Positions 7,997 to 16,318 of a stretch of 32,000 bases of DNA are shown one piece after another; position 1 is the stretch's first letter, and each line of letters starts with the position of its first letter. Both the position numbers and the translations under genes were made by a program. The DNA comes from Candidatus Saccharimonadota bacterium. Its GTDB lineage: Bacteria > Patescibacteriota > Saccharimonadia > Saccharimonadales > UBA4665. The stretch is from contig OY970322.1 of the NCBI GenBank assembly GCA_963716945.1, positions 450,001 to 482,000 of the forward strand. The letters are read 5' to 3'. The notes under the pieces were generated by a model that worked only from the letters and a program-made list of their open reading frames with translations, did no database searches and was not told the origin of the DNA.

Positions 7997-8662
7997 ATGT
8001 ATATGATTAAAGCGGTTATTTTCGATATGGACGGCCTGCTGATCGACAGTGAACCCCTGTGGTCGCGGGCGTTTAAACAGGCCTTCGGGACCATAGGCAT
8101 TACCATAACCGATCAGGACATGTTCGATATAAGGGGCTTTCGCCAGATCGAGTCGGTCAGATATTTATATTCCAAGTATCATGCCAAAGGCGCTTCGCAA
8201 AAGGACATAGTGTCTCTTATCCATGCCGACATGATGGCTATGATTAAGAGCGACGGCAAGCTTTTGCCGGGGGTGCGCCAGGCGCTCGGCGTCTGCCAAA
8301 AAGCTGCGCTGCCGATGGCGATCGCTTCGTCGTCGCCGACGATGATTATCGATGCCGTAGTCGACGGACTGGATATTCGCGGCTTCTTCGATCAGGTTCA
8401 TTCCGGCGAGCTGGAACCTTATGGCAAGCCCCACCCCGGTATTTTCATCAGCACGGCGGAGCTGTTGGGCGTGGCGCCGGACCAATGCCTGGTTTTCGAA
8501 GACGCCCCGTCCGGCGTTTTGGCAGCCAAAGCCGCCAGAATGAAATGCGTGGCGGTTACCGATCCTGAACTCGAGGAGCACCCCTTTATAAAGACGGCTG
8601 ATGCTATCCTTGATTCGCTGGAAGATTTCGACGAAGCCGTCTTGGCCGGTCTCGAAAAATAG
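7997..8662 (+). CDS. HAD-superfamily hydrolase (beta-phosphoglucomutase / sugar-phosphatase-like subfamily)
   Basis: Motif I VIFDMDGLLIDSE, motif III K and the FEDAPSG..AA motif IV region. The start may be the ATG at 8003 (TAGTAT at 7991-7996 lies 6 nt upstream). GC is lower than in neighbouring genes. Confidence 0.88.
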   Translation: MYMIKAVIFDMDGLLIDSEPLWSRAFKQAFGTIGITITDQDMFDIRGFRQIESVRYLYSKYHAKGASQKDIVSLIHADMMAMIKSDGKLLPGVRQALGVCQKAALPMAIASSSPTMIIDAVVDGLDIRGFFDQVHSGELEPYGKPHPGIFISTAELLGVAPDQCLVFEDAPSGVLAAKAARMKCVAVTDPELEEHPFIKTADAILDSLEDFDEAVLAGLEK

Positions 8663-8672
8663 CCGAACCGTA

Positions 8673-8701
8673 TTGCCGCCTCGCCGCCTATCTGTTACAA
8701 T
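8673..8701 (+). promoter_or_regulatory. Promoter TTGCCG-17-TACAAT giving a ~95-nt rpsB leader
   Basis: Hexamers and spacer read directly. Confidence 0.45.
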
Positions 8702-8799
8702 AGGGGAGTCAATCAATTAAGCAGGTTGGGGTTTGATCCTCCTGTGCGGCACCTTGAGCGGACCGCCCGGGCTCCCAGCCGAAGAGAAAGGACCTATAT

Positions 8800-9651
8800 A
8801 TGGCGGCAGACGTCGATATTAAACAATTGTTAGAGGCCGGTGCGCACTTCGGCCACAAGACCGAGCGCTGGCACCCCAAAATGGCGCCGTACATCCACAG
8901 CAAACGCGGCGGCACGCACATTATTGACCTGGCCCAGACCGTTACTTGCCTGGAAGAGGCCTTGGCTTTCCTGGCCAAAACGGCCGGCGAAGGCAAGCAG
9001 ATCCTGCTGGTCGGCACCAAGCGCCAGGCCCAGGATATCGTCAAGCAAACGGCTATTGGCGTCAACATGCCTTACGTCACGGAACGCTGGCTCGGTGGCA
9101 TGATCACCAACTGGACGACTATCGGCGGGCGGGTCAAATACCTGCAAGACCTCGAAAACCGCATGGCCAGCGGCGAACTGGCCAACAAATATAACAAGCT
9201 CGAAGTCCAGCGTTTCCAAGAGGAAATCGAGCAGATGAACACCCTCTACGGCGGCGTCAAAGAGATGAATAGCCGCCCCGGCGCGCTGTTCGTCGTCGAT
9301 ATCGTTAACGACGTCAACGCCGTCCGCGAAGCCAAGAAGCTCGGCATCCCGATCGTCGCTATCGTCGACACCAACGCCGACCCCAGCCAGGTAACTTACC
9401 CGATTCCGGCCAACGACGACGCCATCAAAACCATCCAGCTGATTATGGATTACGTCAAAGCGGCTATCGAGGCCGGCCAGGCTTCGGCCAAGAAGTCCGA
9501 CGACAAGGCTCCGGCCGCCAAGACGGCTCCCGCCGCTAAGGCCGAGGCCAAAGCCGACGCCCTCAAGTCCAAACCCGCCGACGACCGGCCGGCTGCCGAA
9601 GCCGGGGCCGAACCCGCGCCCAAAACCGAAACCGCCAAGGCGGATAAATAA
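8800..9651 (+). CDS. rpsB: 30S ribosomal protein S2 with an Ala/Lys/Pro-rich C-terminal tail
   Basis: [19 protein letters not shown] signature. Conserved rpsB-tsf order. Confidence 0.97.
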   Translation: MAADVDIKQLLEAGAHFGHKTERWHPKMAPYIHSKRGGTHIIDLAQTVTCLEEALAFLAKTAGEGKQILLVGTKRQAQDIVKQTAIGVNMPYVTERWLGGMITNWTTIGGRVKYLQDLENRMASGELANKYNKLEVQRFQEEIEQMNTLYGGVKEMNSRPGALFVVDIVNDVNAVREAKKLGIPIVAIVDTNADPSQVTYPIPANDDAIKTIQLIMDYVKAAIEAGQASAKKSDDKAPAAKTAPAAKAEAKADALKSKPADDRPAAEAGAEPAPKTETAKADK

Positions 9652-9678
9652 CCGATTTAATTTTTGGAGACCAGAGAT

Positions 9679-10275
9679 ATGGCAATCGACATAGCAGAAA
9701 TCAAGCGCCTCAAGGACCTGACCGGCGTCGGCCTGACCGACGCTAAGAAGGCTCTCGAAGAAGCCGGTGGCGACTTCGACAAAGCGCTGGCCGCCATGCG
9801 CAAGAAAGGCCTGACCAAGGCCGAGAAGCGCGGCGAACGCGAAGCCCGGGCCGGCCTGATCGGCACGTACAACCATGACGGCCGGATCGGCGTCCTGGTA
9901 GAGGTTAACTGCGAGACCGACTTCGTCGCCCGCGGCGAAATTTTCACCGAATTGGTCAAAGACGTGGCCATGCACATCGCCGCTTCGGCGCCGCTGTACG
10001 TTTCGGCCGGCGACGTACCGGCTGAAGACCGGGCCAAGGCCAAGGCCGAATTTACCGAAAAGACCAAAGCCGAAGGCAAGCCGGCCGATATGGTCGACAA
10101 GATCGTCGACGGCCAGCTTAAGAAATATTTCGCCGAGCGCTGCCTGCTCGACCAGCCGTTCGTCAAGAACCCCGATATCACTGTCGCCGACCACGTTAAG
10201 CAAAACGCCGCGCTGATGAACGAAAACGTCGTCGTCCGCCGTTTCTCGCGCCTCGCCCTCGGCGAAGTCGCCTGA
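9679..10275 (+). CDS. tsf: Elongation factor Ts (short ~198-aa form)
   Basis: UBA-like N-terminus IKRLKDLTGVGLTDAKKALEEAGGDFDKA. ATG at 9679 lies 9 nt after GGAG; the ORF-track TTG at 9664 is unlikely. Confidence 0.93.
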   Translation: MAIDIAEIKRLKDLTGVGLTDAKKALEEAGGDFDKALAAMRKKGLTKAEKRGEREARAGLIGTYNHDGRIGVLVEVNCETDFVARGEIFTELVKDVAMHIAASAPLYVSAGDVPAEDRAKAKAEFTEKTKAEGKPADMVDKIVDGQLKKYFAERCLLDQPFVKNPDITVADHVKQNAALMNENVVVRRFSRLALGEVA

Positions 10276-10294
10276 AACCGGCACGCGGATGATG

Positions 10295-10300
10295 TAGAAT
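10295..10300 (+). promoter_or_regulatory. -10 box TAGAAT, 7 nt upstream of the frr ATG
   Basis: Read directly. No SD lies between the box and the ATG. Confidence 0.35.
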
Positions 10301-10307
10301 AGAGCCT

Positions 10308-10871
10308 ATGGATCCTAAACAGGTAGTTACTAACGCCCAGACCAAGCTTAACCAGGCCGTGGAACGTTTCCGCGACGGTTTGAAGAGTTTGCGGACGGGC
10401 CGGGCCAGCGCCGCTATGCTTGACGGCGTCATGGTTGAAGCTTACGGCACGCCGATGCCGCTCAACCAGCTCGCGACGGTTACGGCGCCGGAGGCCCAGC
10501 TAATCCAGATTACGCCGTTCGACCCGAATAACCTGCAAGCCATCGCCGAGGCGATCCGCAATAACCAGAGTTTGGGGCTGAACCCGGCTGATGACGGCCG
10601 CGTAGTCCGGGTACCGATTCCGCCGCTGAGCGAGGAGCGCCGCCGCGAACTGGCCAAACAGGTCGGCCAGAAGCAGGAAGACTGCATGATCGCTTTGCGG
10701 TCGGTCCGCCACGAGGCCCTGGACACCCTCAACGAAGCCAAGAAGGACAAGGATATCGGCGAGGACGAAGCCAAACGCCTGTCCGGCCAGGTCGAAGAGG
10801 CCATGGCCAAAGCCCGCTCCGAAGTCGAAACCATCGGCCGCGCCAAAGAAGCCGAAATCATGACCGTTTGA
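10308..10871 (+). CDS. frr: Ribosome recycling factor
   Basis: Typical RRF length and sequence (LKSLRTGRASAAMLDGV..., ...IPPLSEERRRELAKQV). Confidence 0.95.
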   Translation: MDPKQVVTNAQTKLNQAVERFRDGLKSLRTGRASAAMLDGVMVEAYGTPMPLNQLATVTAPEAQLIQITPFDPNNLQAIAEAIRNNQSLGLNPADDGRVVRVPIPPLSEERRRELAKQVGQKQEDCMIALRSVRHEALDTLNEAKKDKDIGEDEAKRLSGQVEEAMAKARSEVETIGRAKEAEIMTV

Positions 10872-10875
10872 TTAG

Positions 10876-12099
10876 CTAGGCGTGGGTTATGACGGTGGTG
10901 CCGATCGGCGCCCAGTTGTAAATCCATTCCGCCTGGTCGACCGGCACGCTGACGCAGCCGTGCGAAGTGTTGACATTGCCGAAAACGCTGGCCGGCCGCC
11001 AATAGTTGCCATGGACGGCATCGCCGGAGTGGTCGAAGTAGTTGACATAAGGCACGTTTGGCTGGTCATAGGGTACGGGATAGGTGCCCTTCATGGTTTG
11101 CGAGGTCAGTTTCTCCCATATTTGGAATTCGCCCAGAGGCGTCGGCGTATCCGGCGCGCCGGCGCTGACCGCGAAAGTCTGGACCAACTGGCAGCGCTGG
11201 TAGGCGTACATTTGCTTGGTCGTCACGTTAACGTCCAGCGACTTGTCGAAATTACAGGGCGTGTACGCCTGGTAGGCGACGGTTTGCAAAGGCGTGTTGA
11301 AGCTCAAGCCGTTGGCGTTCATGACGGTCTTGGCTACCTGTTCGGCCTGGGTTTTCAAACCGGCGGGGTCGGTCAGGGCGGTGCCGTCCTGGCCGGCCAC
11401 GACGACCCGGCTGGTACCGGCCTCGTTGACCGTTACCTGATTGACGGGTGCTTTGACGAACTGGTTGGCCAAATCCGTCAGCGAGGCGCTGATGGCACCG
11501 GCCTTGAGCCGGATGTAGTCCTGGGACTTATCGGCGCTGCTGGTGATTTGCAGCCAGCTGCGGATAGTGTCGGCGCCGACCGGAACGGTCTGGCTGCCGA
11601 CGGTCAGGGTGGCCGGCTGGTTGGTGATGGTCTGGATCTTGGACTGTAATTCGTTGGCCGGGACGGTCAGGTTCAACCCGGCGACGGTCGGTACGGCGGC
11701 TTTGGCGACGGCCGCCGGCCTAGCGGCGCTGATGACGCGGGCCGACCAATAGTTGCCGCCGACTTCCACGGCGGCTACGCCTATAGCTAAGAATAATAAA
11801 GCGAAAACGGCCAAACTATAGCTGTGGAGCAGGTCGGTGAAGCGCCCCCATAGGGACGCCGGGGCCGGCGAGAAACCGGCCGGCGGGGTGAATTCCCGGG
11901 TTTGCGGCACGGGTGCCGCCGGCGCGCTCGGTACGGTTGCCAGGGAAACGCCGGCTCCGGACAGGGCCTGCGCCGCCGGCAGGGGCGATGTCGAGACTTT
12001 AACCGGCCGGGCCACCATGTCGGAGACTACTTTGATAGGTATTTTGGACAGCCCGAAACCACCGCCCGCAATTTCATTAGACGTAAGCCCGTGGCTCAT
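10876..12099 (-). CDS. L,D-transpeptidase (C-terminal YkuD domain), N-terminally membrane anchored
   Basis: C-terminal catalytic block ...HGNYW...TSHGCVSVP. TM helix AVFALLFLAIGVAAV. SD AGAGG upstream of the ATG at 12099. Confidence 0.85.
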   Translation of the reverse strand: MSHGLTSNEIAGGGFGLSKIPIKVVSDMVARPVKVSTSPLPAAQALSGAGVSLATVPSAPAAPVPQTREFTPPAGFSPAPASLWGRFTDLLHSYSLAVFALLFLAIGVAAVEVGGNYWSARVISAARPAAVAKAAVPTVAGLNLTVPANELQSKIQTITNQPATLTVGSQTVPVGADTIRSWLQITSSADKSQDYIRLKAGAISASLTDLANQFVKAPVNQVTVNEAGTSRVVVAGQDGTALTDPAGLKTQAEQVAKTVMNANGLSFNTPLQTVAYQAYTPCNFDKSLDVNVTTKQMYAYQRCQLVQTFAVSAGAPDTPTPLGEFQIWEKLTSQTMKGTYPVPYDQPNVPYVNYFDHSGDAVHGNYWRPASVFGNVNTSHGCVSVPVDQAEWIYNWAPIGTTVITHA

Positions 12100-12150
12100 T
12101 TTGTCGACCTCTGTTTTTCACACACTTTTTGAATCGCTCTTACGCCTATA

Positions 12151-12178
12151 ACTATACACCCGCCCGACAGGTTGTAAA
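12151..12178 (-). promoter_or_regulatory. Promoter TTTACA-16-TATAGT for the L,D-transpeptidase gene
   Basis: Read on the minus strand. Confidence 0.45.
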
Positions 12179-12208
12179 GGTTGTTTTTTATCACAAAAGC
12201 CGGGCCGG

Positions 12209-12892
12209 CTAGGTAATGGGCAGCGGTTTGCCGAGGATGGTCGGACCCGGTTTGAAAACCAGCTGGAAAACCATCTTGTCAGTCGAGACCAGCTCCCTGA
12301 GGATGTAGCTGACGCTGAAGTCGCGGCTGGGGTGAATGGCGATCACGCCGCTGTTGCCGACCCCCAAATGGCTGCAGGTTACCATGGCCCGGGGCAGGTG
12401 GTAGCCCTGGCTGACCAGCGTGGCACTATTCAGGCCGAAAATGGCGTGGGCCCGGTAGCAGCTGTCATAGGTGTTAAAACCCGCGTCGTCGACGACGATG
12501 GCTGTGGCCGGGACGCCGAGCTTGACGGCATAGTTTTTCATAACCCTCGGCTCGTTGTGGTAGCTGGCGCCGTTATCGCCGCTCATCAGCAAAATATCGA
12601 CCCGGCCGGCCTTGTACAGCTCGACTGCCGTCTTGACGCGGTTTTGCAGATAGGGCGTCGGCGTGCCGTTAGGCAGGATCCCGGCGCCGAAAACCAGGGC
12701 CACGCGGTGGAAAGGCACCCGGCCGACCGGCGTCCGGCCCAAATCGTAGCGCTGGCCGCGGGTGCTTACAAAGGTGTAGGCTACCGGCCCGGCCAATAAC
12801 AAGACAACCAAAACTACGGCGGTGGCGGCCGCGTATTTGTGGGTGCTCAAGCCGGCGGTCAGGCGGCGCATAAGCCGCTTCAAGCGTTTCAT
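12209..12892 (-). CDS. sanA: SanA/YdcF (DUF218) family envelope protein
   Basis: MKRLKRL...TM helix...ALVFGAGILPNGTP..LLMSGDNG..YHNEP is the SanA/DUF218 pattern. The ORF-track 5' extension to 13354 overlaps the opposite-strand M50 gene and was trimmed to the ATG at 12892. Confidence 0.8.
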   Translation of the reverse strand: MKRLKRLMRRLTAGLSTHKYAAATAVVLVVLLLAGPVAYTFVSTRGQRYDLGRTPVGRVPFHRVALVFGAGILPNGTPTPYLQNRVKTAVELYKAGRVDILLMSGDNGASYHNEPRVMKNYAVKLGVPATAIVVDDAGFNTYDSCYRAHAIFGLNSATLVSQGYHLPRAMVTCSHLGVGNSGVIAIHPSRDFSVSYILRELVSTDKMVFQLVFKPGPTILGKPLPIT

Positions 12893-12942
12893 GGTGAATC
12901 TATTGTAGCCTAAAACCGGCCGGCTTGGCGGCCGCGGTTTGC

Positions 12943-12948
12943 TACAAT
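12943..12948 (+). promoter_or_regulatory. -10 box TACAAT, 8 nt upstream of the ATG at 12957
   Basis: Read directly. Confidence 0.35.
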
Positions 12949-12956
12949 GGATAGCA

Positions 12957-14126
12957 ATGTCTATTGTGTTGCTAATCGTGGGGATAGTGCTGTTTATCGG
13001 CTTGGTCGTGATCCACGAGTGGGGGCACTTCATCGCCGCCCGCCGGGGCGGGGTCGAGGCCGAGGAATTCGGGATTTTCTTCCCGCCGCGGCTGTACCAG
13101 CACAAGACCAAAGCCGGCTGGCTGTTCACGATCAACCTCTTGCCGCTGGGGGGTTTCGTCAAGCTCAAAGGCGAGCATGACAGCGACACCGAGCCGGGGA
13201 CTTTCGGCGCTGCCAGCTTGTGGGTCAAGACCCAGATCATGGCTGCCGGCGTCTTCATGAACCTGGTGACGGCGCTGGCCTTGCTGACAATCCTGGCGGT
13301 AGTCGGCATGCCGTCGCTGATCCCCAACCAGTTCACCGTCAAGCAGGACACCAAGCTGGTGTCCCAGGAGGTTCTGATCGGCTATGTAGAACCCGGTTCG
13401 CCGGCCCAAAAAATCGGCCTCCAGCCGGAAGACCAGCTTAACGACATCAGCCTGCCGGGCTACAGTCCGGTCAGCCTCGATAATGCCGCCAAACTGCCGT
13501 CGATAACCAAGAGCTTCGCCGGCAAACCGGTCATTATCTATTACACCCGGGCCGGCCATGAGCGCGAAGCCCGGACCACGCTCTTGAGCGCCAAGACCGT
13601 GGCTGCCAGCCAGAAGACCGATAACCCCAAAGGCTACCTCGGTATCTCGCCGACCCAGTTCACGCTCCAGCGCTCGACCTGGTCGGCGCCGATCGTGGCC
13701 GTCGGCCTGAGCACGCAAGTGACGGTACTGACTTTCCAGGGTCTGGGGCACGCGCTGGCCGGGCTGGGCAGCCTGATTGCCGGCGGCGTCACCGGCAACA
13801 CCGTCGCCCGGCAGCACGGCCAGACTTCGGCCACCGCCCAGGTCGCCGGGCCGGTCGGTATCTTCGCGATTATGAAAAGCGGCAGCCTGCTCGGCTACCA
13901 GTTCATGCTGTTCATTATCGCCATTATTTCGCTGACGCTGGCAATCATGAACATCTTGCCGGTACCGGCGCTGGATGGCGGCCGCCTTTGGATTACGCTC
14001 ATCGCCCGGGCCGTCAAAAGGCCTTTGTCGGCCGGGGTCGAAGAAGCCATTAACATGGCCGGTTTCGTCGTGCTGATCGGCCTGGTCGTCTTAATCACCA
14101 TCGTAGATGTCAAACGTTATTTCTAA
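12957..14126 (+). CDS. rseP: RseP-like site-2 protease (M50 zinc metalloprotease with PDZ)
   Basis: HEWGH in TM1 and NILPVPALDGG near the C-terminus, with a PDZ-like insert. Start taken at the ATG at 12957 rather than the TTG at 12939. Confidence 0.9.
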   Translation: MSIVLLIVGIVLFIGLVVIHEWGHFIAARRGGVEAEEFGIFFPPRLYQHKTKAGWLFTINLLPLGGFVKLKGEHDSDTEPGTFGAASLWVKTQIMAAGVFMNLVTALALLTILAVVGMPSLIPNQFTVKQDTKLVSQEVLIGYVEPGSPAQKIGLQPEDQLNDISLPGYSPVSLDNAAKLPSITKSFAGKPVIIYYTRAGHEREARTTLLSAKTVAASQKTDNPKGYLGISPTQFTLQRSTWSAPIVAVGLSTQVTVLTFQGLGHALAGLGSLIAGGVTGNTVARQHGQTSATAQVAGPVGIFAIMKSGSLLGYQFMLFIIAIISLTLAIMNILPVPALDGGRLWITLIARAVKRPLSAGVEEAINMAGFVVLIGLVVLITIVDVKRYF

Positions 14127-14934
14127 ACCGCCCGCGCCGGACCCCAAAGACCCGGCAGGTTCCGTCCGGCCTGATGCCGGCTCGCCAAACGTCGCCTCGG
14201 TGCCCTGGAACCCCTGGCTGGGCGTGGTTTTCGTAGTCGTAGTCTTCTTCGTCTCGCAGCTGATTGCCGGCTCGCTGGTCACGCTTTATCCCTTATCAAT
14301 GCATTGGTCGAGCGCCCGGGCAACGGACTGGCTCAACAATTCGGTCGGCGCCCAATTCGCTTACGTGCTGATGGCCGAGGCCATAGTTATAGGTTCAGTT
14401 TATTGGTTTCTGCGCTTCCGCAAGCTCGGTTTGGCGGCCATCGGCCTGAAGCGCCCGCGCTGGAGCGACCCGGTCTATGGCCTGGCGGCGCTGCCGCTCT
14501 ACCTCATTTTGTACCTGTTGGCCGTCGGGGTGGTCAGCCATTTCGTGCCCAGCTTGAATATCAATGAGCAGCAGCAGCTGGGCTTCAATAACGTCCATGG
14601 CGCCGAACCGCTGGTCCTGACTTTCGTCAGCCTGGTCGTGCTGCCGCCCTTGGCCGAGGAGATCATGGTCCGCGGCTTCCTCTACAGCAGCCTCAAGAAG
14701 GCCATGCCGCTGGCCGGGGCCGCGGCCGCTACCAGCGCTATTTTCGCCGCCGCCCACCTGCCGGAAGGCGGCTCGGCCGGCCCGCTGTATATCGCCGCCC
14801 TCGACACCTTCGTGCTCAGCCTGGTTCTTATATATTTGCGCGAAAAAACCGGCAGCCTCTGGTCCTCAATCACGCTGCACGCCATCAAGAACGGCATCGC
14901 TTTCACGGCCTTGTTTGCGCTGCATCTGAAATAG
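14107..14934 (+). CDS. CPBP (CAAX/Abi) family intramembrane glutamic endopeptidase
   Basis: EEIMVRG (EExxxR), FAAAH (FxxxH) and HAIKN (HxxxN) motifs in a polytopic protein. The ATG overlaps rseP by 20 nt. Confidence 0.85.
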   Translation: MSNVISKPPAPDPKDPAGSVRPDAGSPNVASVPWNPWLGVVFVVVVFFVSQLIAGSLVTLYPLSMHWSSARATDWLNNSVGAQFAYVLMAEAIVIGSVYWFLRFRKLGLAAIGLKRPRWSDPVYGLAALPLYLILYLLAVGVVSHFVPSLNINEQQQLGFNNVHGAEPLVLTFVSLVVLPPLAEEIMVRGFLYSSLKKAMPLAGAAAATSAIFAAAHLPEGGSAGPLYIAALDTFVLSLVLIYLREKTGSLWSSITLHAIKNGIAFTALFALHLK

Positions 14935-14946
14935 TGATATTATAAT
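14935..14946 (+). promoter_or_regulatory. Extended -10 element TGATATTATAAT (TGnTATTAT overlapping TATAAT)
   Basis: Read directly. It sits immediately after the CPBP stop in a 151-nt AT-rich spacer. Confidence 0.4.
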
Positions 14947-14951
14947 AAGTG

Positions 14952-15008
14952 ATGAGCAAGAAATTACTTTTCGCATCTGTTCTCCCGCTGCCGCCGTCTG
15001 AGGCGTAG
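14952..15008 (+). CDS. Speculative 18-codon mini-ORF (MSKKLLFASVLPLPPSEA)
   Basis: The ATG lies 5-8 nt after the -10. Three CCG Pro codons sit near the 3' end. It could equally be noncoding leader or sRNA sequence. Confidence 0.15.
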   Translation: MSKKLLFASVLPLPPSEA

Positions 15009-15038
15009 CTTTACTTTTATTTAATTTTTAGCAAACTC

Positions 15039-15066
15039 GCCTCCGTCCACCAAACGGAGGCTTTTT
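15039..15066 (+). terminator. Intrinsic terminator
   Basis: GCCTCCGT - CCACCAA - ACGGAGGC (8 perfect bp) followed by TTTTT. Confidence 0.8.
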
Positions 15067-15085
15067 AATTTCAAAGGGAAAAAAT

Positions 15086-16276
15086 ATGGAGTATTTAACG
15101 GACCGGGAAGGCCTGCTCATGGTCACCGAGTGGGACATGAGCATAAATGACTTGCTGGCCGAACAGGCGGCCGGGCGGAGCGTGCTGCGTTCGCCGCACG
15201 TGGGGAATATGTCGCCGCATAATATGGCGCTGCTGGCTGCCGGAATTCCGGCCTGGCTGGTCGATTACGTGCCGGCCGCAACTGATTACAACTACCGTAC
15301 GGAAACCGTGATGGAAGCCGGGGAGAGCCGGGTTATAGCCCGCGCCGGCGGGCGTCTGGCATGCCGGACGACCGTGGAAGACGGCTCCGCCACCTGGCTG
15401 GACGAGTACCATAACGCCGCTTTGGCCCGGGCCTTGCCTGGTGCCCGGTTCGAGACCAACACCGAGTATTTACGCCGGCATGAATCGGTTGCCGCCGAAA
15501 TAGCCGGCCTCATAAGCGTCGAATTCCCCGAAGTTTTTGACCGTCTTGTCAGCGAGGACGGGTTAGCATCCAAACTCTACGGCAGCGGTAGCGACATAGC
15601 TGAAAAAATAAGTTCGGCAGGGATAATGCAGCTAAACGATGACCCCCGCAGCGGCGAAGCCGTAGTCATGACCAATGCCGCCAGTTTGCTGGCGACGTTC
15701 GTCATCGAGGCCTTGGAGAGCGGCGAGGCTGCCCAATTCCATATCTCCGGTTCGGCATTCTATATCTATGCCTACAAGAACAATCTGCCCGAGAATATGA
15801 ACGCCATGTACCAGACCCTGCGTTCAAGAGCCAGTTTCGGCCCCAAGTTGCCCGAATTACTAAAGGTGGTCATCGTGCCGGCTGCCGACGCTGTTTTGGC
15901 GACGACTCATGAACGCCGGGCCGCGCTCGATAAGCTGGCCGGCCAAGGCGCCGAATATTTCTCGGCGGCCGCAAGTCTGGAAGCCGACCGGCGTGATTTC
16001 TTCGGTGCCAACATGGCGCGCGCCGACTCGGACAAGGCGGCTTTCCTGCGGGAACTTAAGACCCGCAAGGCCGCCATCAACGATCTTGCCGCCGGCTTCG
16101 TCGAGCTGGTAGCTGACTGTCCGGAAGTTATCGCCGACCGGGCCAGCCGGCCGTTCGTCACCCAGTACGATGTCATCAAAGAGGGCGGCCTGTACGTCGC
16201 TGAGGCTAACCGTTCGCTGACAATGCGCCAGCTGGCGGCTTTGCAAAAACGGCTGCGGAATTCGGACGGAGCTTAA
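15086..16276 (+). CDS. Hypothetical soluble protein (ORFan); its N-terminal domain is related to the 7444 protein
   Basis: 396-aa ORF with SD AAGGG 7 nt upstream. No TM segment or catalytic motif recognised. Atypical codon usage with many ATA Ile codons. Confidence 0.65.
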   Translation: MEYLTDREGLLMVTEWDMSINDLLAEQAAGRSVLRSPHVGNMSPHNMALLAAGIPAWLVDYVPAATDYNYRTETVMEAGESRVIARAGGRLACRTTVEDGSATWLDEYHNAALARALPGARFETNTEYLRRHESVAAEIAGLISVEFPEVFDRLVSEDGLASKLYGSGSDIAEKISSAGIMQLNDDPRSGEAVVMTNAASLLATFVIEALESGEAAQFHISGSAFYIYAYKNNLPENMNAMYQTLRSRASFGPKLPELLKVVIVPAADAVLATTHERRAALDKLAGQGAEYFSAAASLEADRRDFFGANMARADSDKAAFLRELKTRKAAINDLAAGFVELVADCPEVIADRASRPFVTQYDVIKEGGLYVAEANRSLTMRQLAALQKRLRNSDGA

Positions 16277-16318
16277 CACCGGGATGATACAATAACTATT
16301 AACTACAGGAGAAAATAC

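Noticed and set aside
8702-8799. An rpsB autoregulatory leader structure (S2-binding pseudoknot, as in Gammaproteobacteria)
   Set aside because: Only short, ambiguous pairings (AGGGGAG/CTCCT and GAGC/GCTC) could be drawn by eye. There is no recognisable similarity to the known element, and comparative data would be needed.
8830-10284. A 484-aa minus-strand ORF spanning the antisense of rpsB, the rpsB-tsf spacer and tsf
   Set aside because: This is a shadow ORF typical of GC3-rich genes. The sense strand encodes unmistakable S2 and EF-Ts, while the antisense product is low-complexity (G/A/V/D/R/L-rich) with no motifs. The same applies to 19912-21192 (opposite lysS), 28937-30373 and 30226-30913 (opposite secA), 31004-31966 (opposite the M16 fragment), 12972-13817, 10882-11649 and the smaller antisense ORFs in the track.
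12893-13354. The 5' extension of the minus-strand ORF 12209-13354 (381 aa in the ORF track)
   Set aside because: The extension runs antisense through the M50 protease gene and has no SanA-like sequence. SanA homology begins at MKRLKRL (ATG at 12892), so the gene was trimmed to 228 aa.
14947-15038. A type III toxin-antitoxin-like RNA repeat array or retron-like ncRNA upstream of the 15086 ORFan
   Set aside because: The only repeated element is the octamer TTACTTTT, which occurs twice (14964 and 15011). There are no tandem repeats of ~30-40 nt, no reverse transcriptase, and the downstream protein has no recognisable toxin motif.
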